The translations under genes were made by a program, and so were the position numbers. Of a stretch of 64,000 nt of DNA, positions 24,300 through 37,649 are shown in pieces. The notes below the pieces were generated by a model. That model saw nothing but the letters and a program-made list of their open reading frames with translations. It was not told where the DNA came from and searched no databases. Each line of letters opens with the position of its first letter. The first letter of the stretch is position 1. Source of the stretch: Raillietiella orientalis (taxonomy: Eukaryota); assembly GCA_036172245.1 (NCBI GenBank), contig JAYWIR010000025.1, positions 2,480,001 through 2,544,000 on the forward strand, in the 5' to 3' direction.

Positions 24300-27200
24300 C
24301 ATAGGACCTCCAAGATTCGCGCGCCCCAGAGTCCTCGAAAGAAGAACTGACTGGGACAGTGCCGAGAAAAGTCTTCCATCTCAGGTATCCCGGGATGCCC
24401 CCATCGTACCCCCCTCCCCTCACTCCCTTTGCCTCTGAGGAAGAGATGGAATTCCCCTCCTGCGGCATCGAATCGAGAAGATGGAGGGCAGCGGCCGATG
24501 CGTTTTTTTTTCCTTCTTCTTCTTCGAGACTTCCATCTGCCGCCCAACGACAACCCACTCTCCGTCTTGCAGCGACACCTCTAGAGGAGGAGGGAATTCA
24601 GACCAGCGGCACCTCAAGGGAAGCGCCAGAGTGCATGTCCCTTTCCCGGGAAAGGGAAGCGGCGGGAGTGAGGGGCCTTTCCTCAGGAGGGCAGGTCAGC
24701 CTGTTCGACGGGATCGTCTGAGGCGTGCGCACCTTCAACCGACCGGCCTGCCGAGCGAAGGTGGCTTCCTCGAGCCGGAAGCGGCGAAACGAACCAGCGA
24801 CCCTGTCGCAGCCGAGGGTGGTGAACGCGGGAGCAGTGGCCGTGTGTGACACTCGGGTCCCCGGCGTAAGAATGGAACAATGTGAATCGAAGGAAGGGAC
24901 AGACTCCTCTGCTCCAGCGACCTGTCGTTCAAAGAGCTGCGGACGCTCCGGTGGCGAGTACGCACGCGCGCGTCTGGTCCGCAGCTGCAAGGAGTTTCCA
25001 TCCACCCACCCAAGCTTCCCTCCTTCCCCCCTTTTTTTTCCCTCTCGTGGGGCTAAGGGGCTGCAAAAGAGCCGATGTCACTGCCGCCGAGGAGAGCAGC
25101 GACGACCACCGTCCCTGCTGTCAAAAATTCCCATCTGCTTTCTCGGAGCTACCTGACGTCATTCTGCGTCACGAGGCGTCTCCGGACCTTTGCAAGAGAG
25201 AGGGCGTTACCCCGAGGAGCGCAAGGTGGTGGTAGTGCGGACCCTCCCACACTCCACCGCAGGATGCGCGCGGTCGGACACCCCTCGAAGGTTTGGAGTA
25301 GGATTCAATCCTTCCTCACCCCTCTCCACCAGGGCTCCTGGACTCCGTTTACAGAACCGGAATCTCCTGCGTCGTCGGGAAAGACAGTTCCCTCCCCCTC
25401 ACCCCAGCATCTTCTGCGCAGGGGAAAAGGAACATGCCGACAGTGCCGCGACCCTCGATGTGGACGCGGGACCCGCGTTCCCCTCACCCCTCCCTGCCCC
25501 GCGACCGAGCAGGCTGGGTGGGGGGTGTCGGGGAAAAGCGAGAGAGGGACTCAGCCTGAGAAGGGCACTCACTGGCAGGCGGCAGTTCCTCCCCCTGGAA
25601 AGCTCGGAAAGGATCGGCGCGTCATTCATTCCTCCCGGGAGGTGAGGGAGCCCAGAATGCGGAAAGAACATCGTTGCCGCTTCCGCCTTTCTTGGCTCTC
25701 TCTGTGGTACACGGCCATCATCGCTTTCCCACCTCCTCTTTCCCCCTCCCTCCTCCTCCTCTTCCTTTTCCCTTTTTCCTTCTTCTCCTTCCTCCTTTCC
25801 CTTTTCCTCCTCCATCTCCCCAGTGCGACCTTTGTCTTGGAGAAGAGGGGGAAGATGGCCGACGAAATGTCTCCACCGGCTGCTGGAGGGAGGGACTTCA
25901 AGAGGGTCACGGAACACTTCACCCCGAAAGCCCGACGGCGGGAAAGACAGCCACGGCTCCTGCCTGCCGTCTCTACTCCGGGCTTCCTCGTCCGCCGAAG
26001 ACACAAGGCGTCCGCCGATCCGGGAAGAGAGGGCGTCGCCTTCGCGTGGCAACCCACGGCGCGGGGGTTTCGGATGCTCACGGGAGAAGGCAGGGGGAGG
26101 CTCCGAGTCCCGGAACTCCCTCTCAGTCGCCGGTGGATGTTTCAGCCCCTCGGGGAGTAAAAAAAAAAGGGGGGCGGAGGGGGACGTACGAGCGCGCGCG
26201 GCGGCCCCCGACCCGCGTGAGCACCGCGCAGCGCGCACTGCGCTGGAAAGGTGACTCCTGTCGGTTGTTCACTGCCTCTCAAGGTCACGCTCCTCCGCGG
26301 GGCAGCGCCGGACCTGTCTCCGAGCTAGGGAGGCAGACCACACCCTCCGCAGTTGCCAGGGGGGGATAAGGAGAATTTCCGAAGTCGTTCTTCTCCCCTG
26401 CAGGAGGGTTAAGCTCCCTTCCCTTCCCATCCCCTTAGAGGGGCGCTCCCGGAATCCAGATGGTCCATGAAAGTTCGCCTGAGCGCGTTCTGGAAGCCTC
26501 CAGGATGCTGTCGGCTTCTTTCCTGCTTTTTTTCTCATTCCCCTCCTTGCCCCACCCCTCACACCAAAAATCTTTCTCAATAGGCGACTTCGCCCCCGGG
26601 GGATGACGCTTGGCAACACACGCGATGACGGATGGTGGACAACGCCATCGGCCATTGCACGCACCTAGGGTCGTCCCTGGACATTTCGATGGAAGAGGAA
26701 GAGGGAGAAGGTTCAAGGGAATGTCCTCGCGGACCCGCGCGTTCCCTTTTTCCCCCTGTCCCTCCGGGCAGCAGCACGAAACCGCATCGAGGCGGGAGGA
26801 TGGCACGCGCGTCTCCGAGCGGCCATTTGCCGAAGCGCATCGCCCTATGTAGCTGGAGGGCGGAAACCGCCGCCGCGGTCGCCACCCGGAGGCAGGAAAG
26901 GGAGGAGAGAGTTCGGAGATTCGGAGAGGATGTGGGGGCGTCATCTCTTCCCTGCCCTTTGTTTCCCCTGACAGCACCCCCAGAGCCGGGTGGCGACCCC
27001 ATCCGCGCAACGACCCGCATCGTGAGTTGTGCTGCGAACTCCGACCAAATGGAAATACAGGCGAGCGAGCGAGAGAGTGCGAAAGAATGAAAGACGGATT
27101 CCCCGCTCCGCCTTTGTTAAAACCGGGAAGGGGAAGGGAGTCCCTAGGTGCAGGAACTCTGCCTTCTCGATCACGTCGAAAACGGAGGAGGGAGACGCGA

Positions 27201-29000
27201 GCGCACCCGGCACAAAGGAGCTCTCAGAGAGTGGCGGTGCACGATGGCGCCTCCTTCACCTGAAGACGGAGGGGAGACGGCGAGACAGTCGAACTGTCCG
27301 ATGCACTACCTCCCCCCCTTCCTCGCACACCTTCTGGGAGCGCAGGATGTGCGAGAGAAACAGGCGGAGGAGCTCCGAAAGAATTCTGCGTTTCTGCCAA
27401 GAAGCCGCCGAGATCGCCGGAGAGGAAGAAAAAGAAAAAGAAGAAAAACTCGCGGCGATTCGAAGGTCACCTCGAAATTCCCTCCGGGGGTATTCAAAGG
27501 CAAGAATGCAGCGGCGTCGAACGTCCCTTAGCGTTGGTCTATTATTACGACCAGGGTGCTGCGCACAGAGTCGTCTCTTCGTGCTCCCGCCAGGACTTGC
27601 GGAGAAGAGCTCTCTGGTGACTCGGACCGGGGGTCTGCGGCAGTCCTCCCCCTGCGCGCGCTCAAGGACAAAGGAGCCTCCTTTGCATCTGGTCCCCCTC
27701 TCCGCGCAGGATGGGGAAGCTTCCTCACGGCGAACCACTGCACCCCAGGCCACCGGCCGCTCTACTCCCGCGCACACGCGGACGCCGTTCCCACTTCGGC
27801 GTCCACACGACGCTAGAACCCCCTCGGGAGCGAAGGGAAGGAAGCCGCGGTGGTCGGTTACGCTTTGTCTCCTCCTGCGGGGGGAACAGTCCCCGCACCG
27901 CCTCCTCTGCAGTGCCCTGCGCAGTGATGGCGCTCCTCCCCGGATGCGAGTGCCAGCGTGCCGGCACCATCTCGGCGTCTCTCTCTCCACCAACAAGCCG
28001 TCGGAGAGGAGCAACGTCTGCAGGACGACTGTGCCCACGCACGCGCTCGGTGCGTGGGGAGAAAGAGGGAGAAAGAAGGAGGCGGGGAGGGATGAAGGAA
28101 GAACAGCCCGCGGAGGTCGAAATCGGACAGGAGGAGGAGGCCGCTCCGTCAGTGCTCTTGCGGGCATCGGAGGCAGCCGCTTGACGATGGGAGAGGGAAG
28201 GAGGGGGAACATGCAAGTACCGGAGGAGAGGGATCCACCGATCGCGTGCTCGGCGAGCCCCCTAAAGCGCCTTTGTGGGCTCTCTTCTGGCCTTGGTCCG
28301 TTCCTTGCATCCATCTTCCGGCAAAGGAAGCCCGAAGTAGGATGAAATAGAGGGAGGCGGAGCGGGAGAGCGGACGCTTCTGCCGCGTTCTCTTCCGCCC
28401 GGAGAGAGACCAGGGTCTCCGAAGGAAGGATTTCCCCCTCCTTCTGAGGTCCGGAGAACCATGTCACGGGAACCAAGGAGCTTCGATGCCGACTCCACGG
28501 GAGGTGCCATTGACCCCTGAGTCACGGGGAGACAGAGGAGGATTTTCGATCCTGCAACCCGAACGGGTCATCTGCCACTCCGCCGAGGACGGAGCGCCCG
28601 CTCGCTCCCGAACCGTTTCCCGGCCTGTCATGGTTTCGTGTTTTTTCGAACGCTGCGGGACGAAAGCAGGCACTGCGGGTGTGCCCCTGCCTTCCTTCTC
28701 CCGGTTCCTCTCATTCCTCCTCCTCCTCCTCTCTCCCTCCCCTGCAGCCAGCCGTCTCCCCCTCGGCTTCTCTGAGGTCCTGAAGAGTCGGGGCGCACTC
28801 GAAGGAGTGCAGAGCGCTGTCCCGGGTCTTCCAGCCGGTTAGGTCGCGTCACTCTCTCAAGGAGCAAGGGAGACAACGAAGTCGTGTGTCGAGGCGGCAC
28901 ACCTCTCGTCACGTGCGCCGTCCGTTTATGCATCGATCCCATCTCCCGTCCTGACGGACTGCGAGCTGCGGACGCCCTTGTGAGCGACTCCGGAATCCGT
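24300..29000 (-). mobile_element. near full-length degenerate LINE ORF2
   Basis: Collinear relics: SGCRIE (SRID-like, ~28555), SDH-like (~28465), DDPRCVQWPMALS (DP..NWRPI.L), SRVLPSVI, HLDSGSA (LD..KAF), YADD-position relic at ~26040, IEGRG (EGGLG-like). Confidence 0.55.
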
Positions 29001-30555
29001 CAGTCAAGTCGACGGAGGGTCGAAGGCTCTCCGAGCTTTGCTCAGCTTCTCAGTAGGCAGCACAGACCCCGAGGGCTGGTGCGAGGCGGGGGGCTGCTCG
29101 GTCACCTGGAGACAGCTTGGCAGCCGCTACGCCACAGCCTCCGGAGGATTCGATCATCGTCCCTGGTGGGGCCGAATGATCCGGATCTGCTGTGCGGGCT
29201 CGCATCTCGAGAGGGAACGGAGTTGTCTGATGGTCGGGCTACGCCTGCGGCATCCTGGAAGATGAGACACCGCACGGATACTCTCACCGGCGGAAGAGAT
29301 ATGGCTGGATCTTGGCCGACGTCGCGACTACGAATTTTCCAAGAAGACTTCAAAGCCGGTCTTCCGTGGGCTGCCGATGCCTTTAGAAGACAAACCTCCA
29401 CAATATGCTGCGGGATTGACCTTCTGTCGGCGAAGGGAGGAGAGCCCTCCAGCGCCTGTAGGAGGCTCCCTCTGTCTGTGAGTCGAAAACCCTCTGGGAC
29501 ATACAAGATGGAGCATCGGCACTGACTTCAGCCTCCTTCTTCGACCCCTCAAACTGGACCGGACTCTGGAGAAAGCAGTCCCCTCCCGCCGGGAGATGGA
29601 AAGATGAAATCCGAAATCCTTCGAGATGTTCGAGGCCAGTCTCCTAGGGACGCGGAGGGTAATCGGGAAAAAGAGGATTCGGGGCACACTCCGGTCCACT
29701 TCTTCCGTTCTAGTAGCGACTGTCATTTCCTTGGGGACTCTCCGAACCGAGTCCAGAGGCGCTCGTAGGCCGCAGGGCTCATAATAACGCAAGGAAGGTG
29801 CCAGGAGGTTGACGGCCGCCTGCACGGGAGATTTCCACTCGCTTGCCAGAAGGGCTGAGTTCACCTGACCCCCTTTTTTTGTTTTCCCGTTTTTCCGGAC
29901 TCGAACCGACTCCCGCACAAGGCCAGCTCGGAAGTGATCTCCAAGAAGGATGGGCACTTCGCTCCGCGTGATCGACGGCGCGCGGGGACCGCGTGTGCGC
30001 CGACACTCCGGAGCTGCGTGATTCGGGATAAGTCAGCTCCTCGTGTTGTTGACACTGGGACTTTTTTTTTTTCCGTGACGCAAAAAGTGGGGCAGGTTGC
30101 GCAACCCTTTCTCCGTGGAGAGGCGGGCGTCCCTAATTGCTACTCCACCTTCCCCTGCACTCGCTTGGGGATCCTCGAAGATCTCACGCATTGGACGAGG
30201 GTCTCAAAGCAAACAGAGGCGAGTGACTCAACGGGGAGGCGCTTCCCCCTCTCCTCCCCCTTTCCGCGCGCGACCCCTGCGCGAACTCTCCCTAAGCAAG
30301 GGGGTTGCGAATCTCATCTGACTGTTGCCACATTCCAACGTCCAAGAGCGTCTGTCACCATTAGAAGCAGACTCCTAGGGCATGCGTGACCGAGCGACCC
30401 GAGCGCAGCCTGAATGAAAGCGCGTAGTGTGGCTCGGTCATGTGGTTCGCGGCTCGCCTCGGAGGCGCAAAAGGCGAGTGGCGCATCCGAAGGAAGCGAC
30501 AGCAGGATAACTAGCAAAGAGAACAAGCAGGAATGCCGCAGCAGCGGCACCTCGA

Positions 30556-32930
30556 GGCGTTTATTTATAAATAAAATAAACATTTTCAATTTGTATGGTT
30601 TTCCCAGTGGTCCAATCCCGTCCTTTCTAGATCTAACCAGCCGCGTTACCGGTTCGCAGACCGGTGAGGTCCATCACGGCAGCGCAGAGGGGAAGGGGTA
30701 AACAAAAAGGAAAGAAAACTGAAATAAAAATAAAACAGTTTTGGGGTGCGGGAAGGGATCACTGTCTTCTAGGGGCAGTCCTCTGCATCCTTTGGAGGAT
30801 GCCGGCAAGACCTTGCTGGATAGTCCTGTTCAGGTAGGATCATAGTGTTGCCGTCTTGATGAAGCGGACGGCGAAGTGGATGTGGCATCCCTATCGCTGG
30901 GGCCTCTATCGCTGCGACGCATGAGGACCCTATCGCTGGGTCCTCTTGCGTCGCTCCAGGCAGCGACGATCCCACGTAGGCAGCACAGCGCTGCTAACGA
31001 GACTGTCGGCCGAAGGGCATCGCAAACGAGGGGTTCAGAGCGTCCCTGGAGTTGCCGCAGGAGGTTCCCAGGGCCGCGGCAAAGCGTTCCAGATGGACCG
31101 GAGGGCAATGCAATCACAAGCAGGTGCGGGAGAGATTCAGATTCCCCGCACCTGGCATGGTTCGGGTCCAACCCCCTTCCCTGTGATGCCGACAGGCGTT
31201 ACACGGGAAGGCCCAGTGCAGCAGCAGCAGCGCCGACTCCTACCACTTCAATGGGAGGGTGCGTCTGTCCAGAAGCACTGGATGCCACTGCAGGTCTTCC
31301 TCCGGAATACCCAGTAGCTCTCCCCAGCGCAAAAGTCCTCGTGGAAGAGAACACTTGTGATCGCAGCTTCCGTGAGCTGACCCGCAGGCTGAAGGGAGTC
31401 TCGGCAGAGCCACCACCAGTCCCCCTGGGGCCGCGAATCCGACCAGCTTCCCGTTTCACTTGCTCCCGCTCCAGAAACGAGCTCTTTTCCGTCCTTCGCA
31501 TGGATCCACCCGCTTTCCTCTCTCCCGTCCCTCTCGCGATTTATAGCCGGACATTCGCTTCCCGGCTTCCCGGCCGCTGACCCCTTTGCCCCCCTTCCAA
31601 CCGCATTTCGGTGGGATTTCGTCTCCGAATTTCCCTGCCCCTTTCCTTCCCTCTGCTGTGGAGATTCCTCTCGTCGCAAAGGTCTCGTGCGAAACAACAG
31701 CCGTCCCTGCTTTCGCCCAGTGGGGGAAAGATGGACGTTTGTGGAAGAGGGAGACTCCATCCTTACTCGGGACGACCTGGGTCCCTTCCGCGCTGCGAGG
31801 GAGAACGAGACACTTCCTCCGCTTCCGGTCGCGCCTTTCTGCCCCCTGTGAAGGCAGGCTCCGCGCGAGGGCGAACTTTGCTCCCCCCTCGGACTCGGTG
31901 GCGCACTTTGGCTCCTGCTGAGCAAAACTCCTCCAGCTCACGAGTCCCTCCCCCGCGAACTGGGCGGTCGACCTCGGCCTTGAAGACTTGCCACAGTCGT
32001 GACTGCTTTCAGTCTCAGCCTTCGGTCAGATCAGAGCTCCTCTTCTTCGCTCTCTGGAATCGATGAGTCATGCTCATGACGCTCTCATCTCTTGGACGAG
32101 GGCGGGCCGCTGGCACCACCGCTGGAATAGGAGAGGAAGCCCTTGGATCCTAGCCGGCTCTGCTCCTGCCGCTTACTCCCGCCGGAAGAGTCTCCCGTCG
32201 TGGCGGCGGACGGGCAGGAGGTCAAGGAGTTTCCGGCGAGGAGAAGGAAGGGTCACGCACCCGCTGAAGATCCGAAGGCTGCTGGATCCTCCTCTTTCAG
32301 GAGGAGCTCAGCGATCTGCGACGAGCGAAGGTGAGGCCAGCTCTGTGGTGATCGACCGAGCCGAAAGAGGAGGCGCCCCACTACCTCAGGATTGCATGGA
32401 GCAGGAGACACACCCCTTCCCCAAGGGAGAGGGGGAGAAGGCCCCACTCGTCTCTCTGAGGGAGGCGCCACTGAGTGCGGAGGATCCAAGTGCAGCAGAC
32501 ACTCCCGTTTCTGGAAGCGCGTAGTGATCCCGCTGCCCCAGGCTGCAGACGCAGGAGACGCTTGCGGCGTTTCAGGCGTGGGTGATCCTGAGCGTTCCCC
32601 AGGGGGATTTCCCCGAGGAACGCTTCCTTGGGAGGGCTGGAGAAAGGAGCACCGCCGCCCGACTGCCGACAGCCTCCCGGAGGAAAATGCGCACTCCCGC
32701 TGCGCCCGAGGCCCCGTTGTTTGTCCAGAACGAGGAGGACGAAGGAGTTTGGCCGGTGTGGCTGCTGCCTCCGAGATTTCTCCACGTCACGAGCTACCCG
32801 GCGCTCCCGGAGACCAAAGTCCTCAACCTCCGCCTCTGCGCTTCCCGGTCAGGAAAATCCCTTCTGGGATCGTCGAATCCACCGATGAGGATCCCGGGAG
32901 AAGTAATTAGGTTCTCCGCTGAAGTCCCGT
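30556..32930 (-). mobile_element. internally deleted LINE (EN ... zinc motif, 3' UTR)
   Basis: SFWTNNGASGAAGVRIFL (endonuclease), PRGTGG, ARCGESESLPHLLV, AALCCLRGIVAAWSDA, hairpin ACCGGT-CTGCGA-ACCGGT (30648-30665). Ends ATAAATAAACGC like the 19348 copy. Confidence 0.65.
30914..30954. repeat. 17-bp inverted repeat (fold-back duplication)
   Basis: GCGACGCATGAGGACCC-tatcgct-GGGTCCTCTTGCGTCGC, 1 mismatch. Confidence 0.85.
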
Positions 32931-33899
32931 GAAGGAAAACTCGATGGTCTTCTGCCCTCCCTCATATCCACATGTACCCTGGAGAAACGGCGCTTATCCT
33001 TACGGTTGAGAGGCTGCGACGATCTGAAGGAAGATACCTCCTGGCACGACGCGTGGGCTCTTGCCGGAAGGCATTTGACCACGGCATAGGAAATGCCTCC
33101 TTCCCGTCCGTCTAGTCGTCCATTCGCATGCAGCCGTCGCAACCTCCATCCATATGGTGCGGACGAAGAGGCGAAGCGAGCTCTATCACGATGGCAGGGA
33201 CGAGCCTTGGTGATGCACAAAAACTTCGACGCGCCGCAACTCTTTCGTCAAGATGTCCCCCCCCCCAGAAAAAAAAAAAAATCTCTTTTTCTTTCCGTTC
33301 CCTCCGCTCCCGTTCCCGCTCTTTGGTCTTCGCTGAATTATTTCGAGCTTGGGGAAGGTGCAGAGCGCCTTCCCAAAGCCGCCACACCGGAAACAGGGTT
33401 GCCAGCGCGAGCCGCGAAGAAGCAACCTGGAACAGTCTTCGTGGACAGCGCATTACAGTTTTGGAAGAGGCAGAGCTCTCCACAGCAAAGAATGGTCACG
33501 CGCTCGCAAGGCATCGCTTTTTTGGAGCCACGAACATCTGAAGACGGGGAACAAACTGATGAGCAAAAGCACCGACAGCTTAAAATCAGAAGACCAATGA
33601 GAATCGGGGAAACCCATTGCATCAGCAAGCCGATCGCCATCGCCGAGGAAGACAAAAACAAAAGCCATCGGAACGTTTACTTTCGATCCAGATCTCCGAT
33701 TTTGGAAGATGAGGGGCTTTCACGAACTTTCTAGAATTCCAGAGGCTGCAGTTTGGAACCGAAAGTCAGTAGCCGAAGAGACTCTCGATTGTTCATCGCC
33801 CACCATTAGACTGTACCGGGCAGAAGAAACCTTCGAGCACGCAGTGAGGGGGACCAGTTTCCAGGGAAACCGCTGAAGTGTGTCCGCCGAGCCGGGTGA

Positions 33900-36800
33900 G
33901 TCCAGAAAACTCGGTCTCAGGATTCACGGGAATCCGGCCAAGCGGAACCAAGCAAAGAAGGGTTGCAGCAAGAGGAACGCAACCTGGTGAAGGTGCATGC
34001 AGGAATTCCTCCCGGCGCAGCTGGTCACTTGTGCAGGCGAAATTTTGCTGAATGGACTACCGAAAGTGAAAGATCGGAAGAATGGAGTCATCAGCTTGCG
34101 GTGAGTGTCTGGAGCACTTTGGTGACCTAAAAAGGAGTGGGAGGAAAAAAACATAATAAGAAACTGACTCGTTCTTCTATCAGAGTCTGCCAGATTCCTC
34201 AAAGACAAGGAAACGCTGCCTCCTTCTTAAAGCCGATGATGCAAGTATGAGGCCACTGTGTTTCGCATTCTTTTCTCCCGACGTCTGCTTCTCGAAAGAG
34301 TTGCTTGGTGCTCCGATTATTCCGGAGGCGTCAGAAGAACGCTCTTCGCCTGGATCTGGAAGCTGCAGCGACCGGATGAGTAATGTGGTTTCGATTCACT
34401 GCCGACTGCCATCCGATCTTCGGTGGTGCTCATCTTCAGGGTTTCGTAGAAAATCACCTCTGCTCCACTTTCAATCAAACCACGAGCTTCGGAAAGAAGA
34501 GATGAACTCGACCTTTCAGCTGCGCGCACAGATCGATACGATGGCGAAATTTTCACCACGAAGATGGCCACTTTGACCTGCGGACTAGTCCACGGGGTCC
34601 AGATCTCTGAGATCCGAACTCATTGGTGATTGCTCGATGGCCAGCATCGGGACAGACTTCATCGGCCCGTGCATCTGAGGCAGTAATGAAAACAAGGTGA
34701 AGATGAATGAAGAAATTCAGATCGTCCCATCAACGCAGCGTATTGAAGAAACAAAAGATTTTCATTTTTTTTTTTTTACTGAAGCGTAAACAAGCGGTAA
34801 GAGGCCGACTGTTTGTTTAGTGGTCTGACATTTGTTTACCCTCCGAACCGACCATTTCGACCTGCCGGGAAAGATTCCACTGGACTGGAAAAAGCTTGGC
34901 TTGAGACCTGTCGGAACGTCCGTCGACCAATCCTCAAGCAGGACTTGCTCCCGAGACTTCTAATGGTTCCTGGAAATTGAAGGGTAAAAGCGTCACACCG
35001 CAGATTCCACAGGACTGACGCCCTCAGGTTTCACGTGGGACCGATATCGGCTCTCAAGAGCTAGTCACCCGGAAGCTTACCGTGGCAATCCGGCAAGTGC
35101 TTTCCTACGGAACGATGGACGATAAGTTTTCGCAAGAGATCGAAAAGGGGGTCCTGAATTTTCGCGGCCGGATGCCGCCGACAGCACTGCTTCAGGGTTT
35201 CCACACGTTTCGGATTTGGAGGACACGAGTTCACGAATCCTCTCCGAAGCGTTCTTGGAAGACGAACCTATAGATCATCTTTGCAGGAACGCTGCGCAAA
35301 CATCTTTCTGATTGCTTTCAGCCTGAATCCTCAAGAGGCGCCTTCCCTCTGTTTTGAGAACGCAATTTGCTTCTCTCATCTTTCTGTTTCAAAAGCCTCC
35401 GCGGTCAAAAGCCTCCACACTTCCACTGTGAAACTTCTGTGCAAGAAATATCCAAGCATTCCGTCAAAGAGAGAGAGAGAGAGAAATGGTCGGTGACGAG
35501 ATTTTTGTCATCACCCTTCACGTCCGGAATGCTCATCGGTGCTGGACTCGTCAGCAGCTTTCGTGGTGCTGCAGATTGCATTCTGCGTGGTGCGCAGTTT
35601 CTTACTTGAGCATTCTCCAGCGAATAGACATGCGTGCACGAGGCAACGACTGAGCACCATTCTGAAGGAAATCTCCGATGTAGCGGTCGGCCCTTTTGAA
35701 CCACTGACAGAGACACATCATCGTTATGAATCAGCCAGACGAGTTCCGGTCAGCTGAAGACGCGACGGATGCATCGGTGTGGTGACCCCAAAGTACATGC
35801 AAACTCATCAGAAAGTGTTGCAGCAGTACACCAGGTGAAAAGCACATGTGGCACCTCGCTTTTCCCATGAATGGCTTTGCTTATCGGTCTTTTCTTGCCA
35901 CTATCCCAACTTGCTGTTGGTTTGGGATGCCTGTGTCCCTGATGGGCACTTATTGCTGCTCGTGGCGGAGACAGACAGACAGAGGAACATCCTTCCAGTC
36001 GTTGGTTGCGTGACCGGCGGAGGCCTGGGATCAAATCAGTCAACTCGTTATTCCCCTGGGACTTGTGAAATCGGGAAGTCTAACCGGCGTTCCTGCCAGT
36101 TTCGTTCCAGAGTGAGAGTGTGGCCTGTCGAAGGGCGGCGACGCTTCTACGCAGAGGGGGGCGGGAAGCCACGAGACGCTGTTTACTACAGGTAAGATTG
36201 CACCCGTTGTGATGCAACGGTCGCCGGATCTACGGCTCACGGGGAGCTGGTGAAAGCCAGAAAGGGGAACGGACCTAACAGCAGATGTAGAGAGAGGCAT
36301 CTCGCCTTCGAACGGCAGCCACGGGGATAGAAGGAGCAAGGAAGGCCGCCGTGAAAGACAGAGGAAGACAAGGAAAGGGATTGTGGAGGCTTGCAGACAT
36401 TCAAGGCCCGAGCGCCAAGTATGTCAGCAGCTATCACTGACCCCCACTTGCAGCAGCGCTGTCGGCGGCATCCGGCCGCAAAAATTCAGGACCCCCTTTT
36501 CGATCTCTTGCGAAAACCCATCGTCCATAGCTCCGGCAGAAAGCTCTTGCCGGATTGCTACGGTAAACTTACAGGTGCCTGGCTTTTGAGAGCGAATTGA
36601 GGCGGGATTGATCCCACCTCTTTATCAGCAACAATGCTTCCGTGTTTGCAATGATCTTACATACCACGGCACCGTGCTCTGCAGAAACGCATCATCAGAT
36701 CCTCAGCAGAAGTCGGTAGTATATGCTGGTCGACCAGGAAGGAATCCAGGTGATCATAGGAGCACCAGATAAGTGTGCACATAATCTGCTCCGCACCAGG

Positions 36801-37620
36801 GGGTGGATGCGGTGTGCCGCACCCCCGCACCCAGTGCTTGCGGCAGAGCTAAGCCGCCTCCCTTCTCCCCCTCCGCGGAGCTTTCCTGTTTTCCTGCGCC
36901 GCCGTTCCCTCTCTGGCTATCGCCAGATTCTTCACCAAGCCGCGGGTTTCTTCTCGCCCGGAGCCCCCAGGTGCACTTTTCAGGTCCGAGCGGGGCAACC
37001 GCTCTGTGGACCAAGCCGCAGCGTCTCTTCTCTGGACGGGGAGAGGTCATCTTCCTCAGCGCAGGTGCGCATCGTTGACGGGCTTCCCTTCGCGAGCCTC
37101 GCGCGCTTGGAATGGTCTTCGATGAGGCGTTTGTCTCCGCTCTCCTCCCTTCCCCAGTAGGCAACCATCAAAACACCCCGAAGTGCCTCTTTGTGCGGAC
37201 TGCCTGGTCGCCATCTGCCTCAGCCGCAGCTCCTTGCTGACTCCACGTGGAGCCTTAGGCTTTCAGGAACCACGCCGAGAGAGGACGACACGACAGGGGA
37301 GCCACCGCCCTCTTTGCCGCACGGTTTTTCCCGATCGCCCAGATGCTCAGTTGTCGAGAGGAGCTCACTGCCGGCATCCTGCAAGGGATGTAAGCTGCTT
37401 CGTCCAGCTGGGAGCCACTCATCTCGTGGTGTGATCCCCGAGATGCGCGGCCCTTATCCCTACCATTTGAACAAACTTTTGCTGTTATTCCTTTGTTTTT
37501 GTTTTTTGTTTTTTCCTCTCATTGTTATTCCTCTCATTCCTGACCCATCCCTCCGTGATGTTATGGACCTCGCAGAGGCTCGCCAACAGATGGCCGGACT
37601 TGGTGGGACAGGACCTCACC
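33900..37620 (+). mobile_element. near full-length degenerate LINE ORF2 + 3' UTR
   Basis: CMQEF (CLQET-like, 33994), RKNGVISL, PSDLR (SDH, ~34410), PG.DG-like at ~35005, SAEDAT (YADD position, 35750), T-rich UTR with GGACCTC. Confidence 0.6.
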
Positions 37621-37649
37621 GATTCCTGTCTATTTTTCTTTCCGATTTC

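Noticed and set aside
25075..28476. Long ORFs (361, 438, 406 aa), and likewise 15783-16754 and 60110-61114
   Set aside because: These are Arg/Pro/Ser/Gly-rich or overlapping frames in GC-rich TE relics with no coherent domain.
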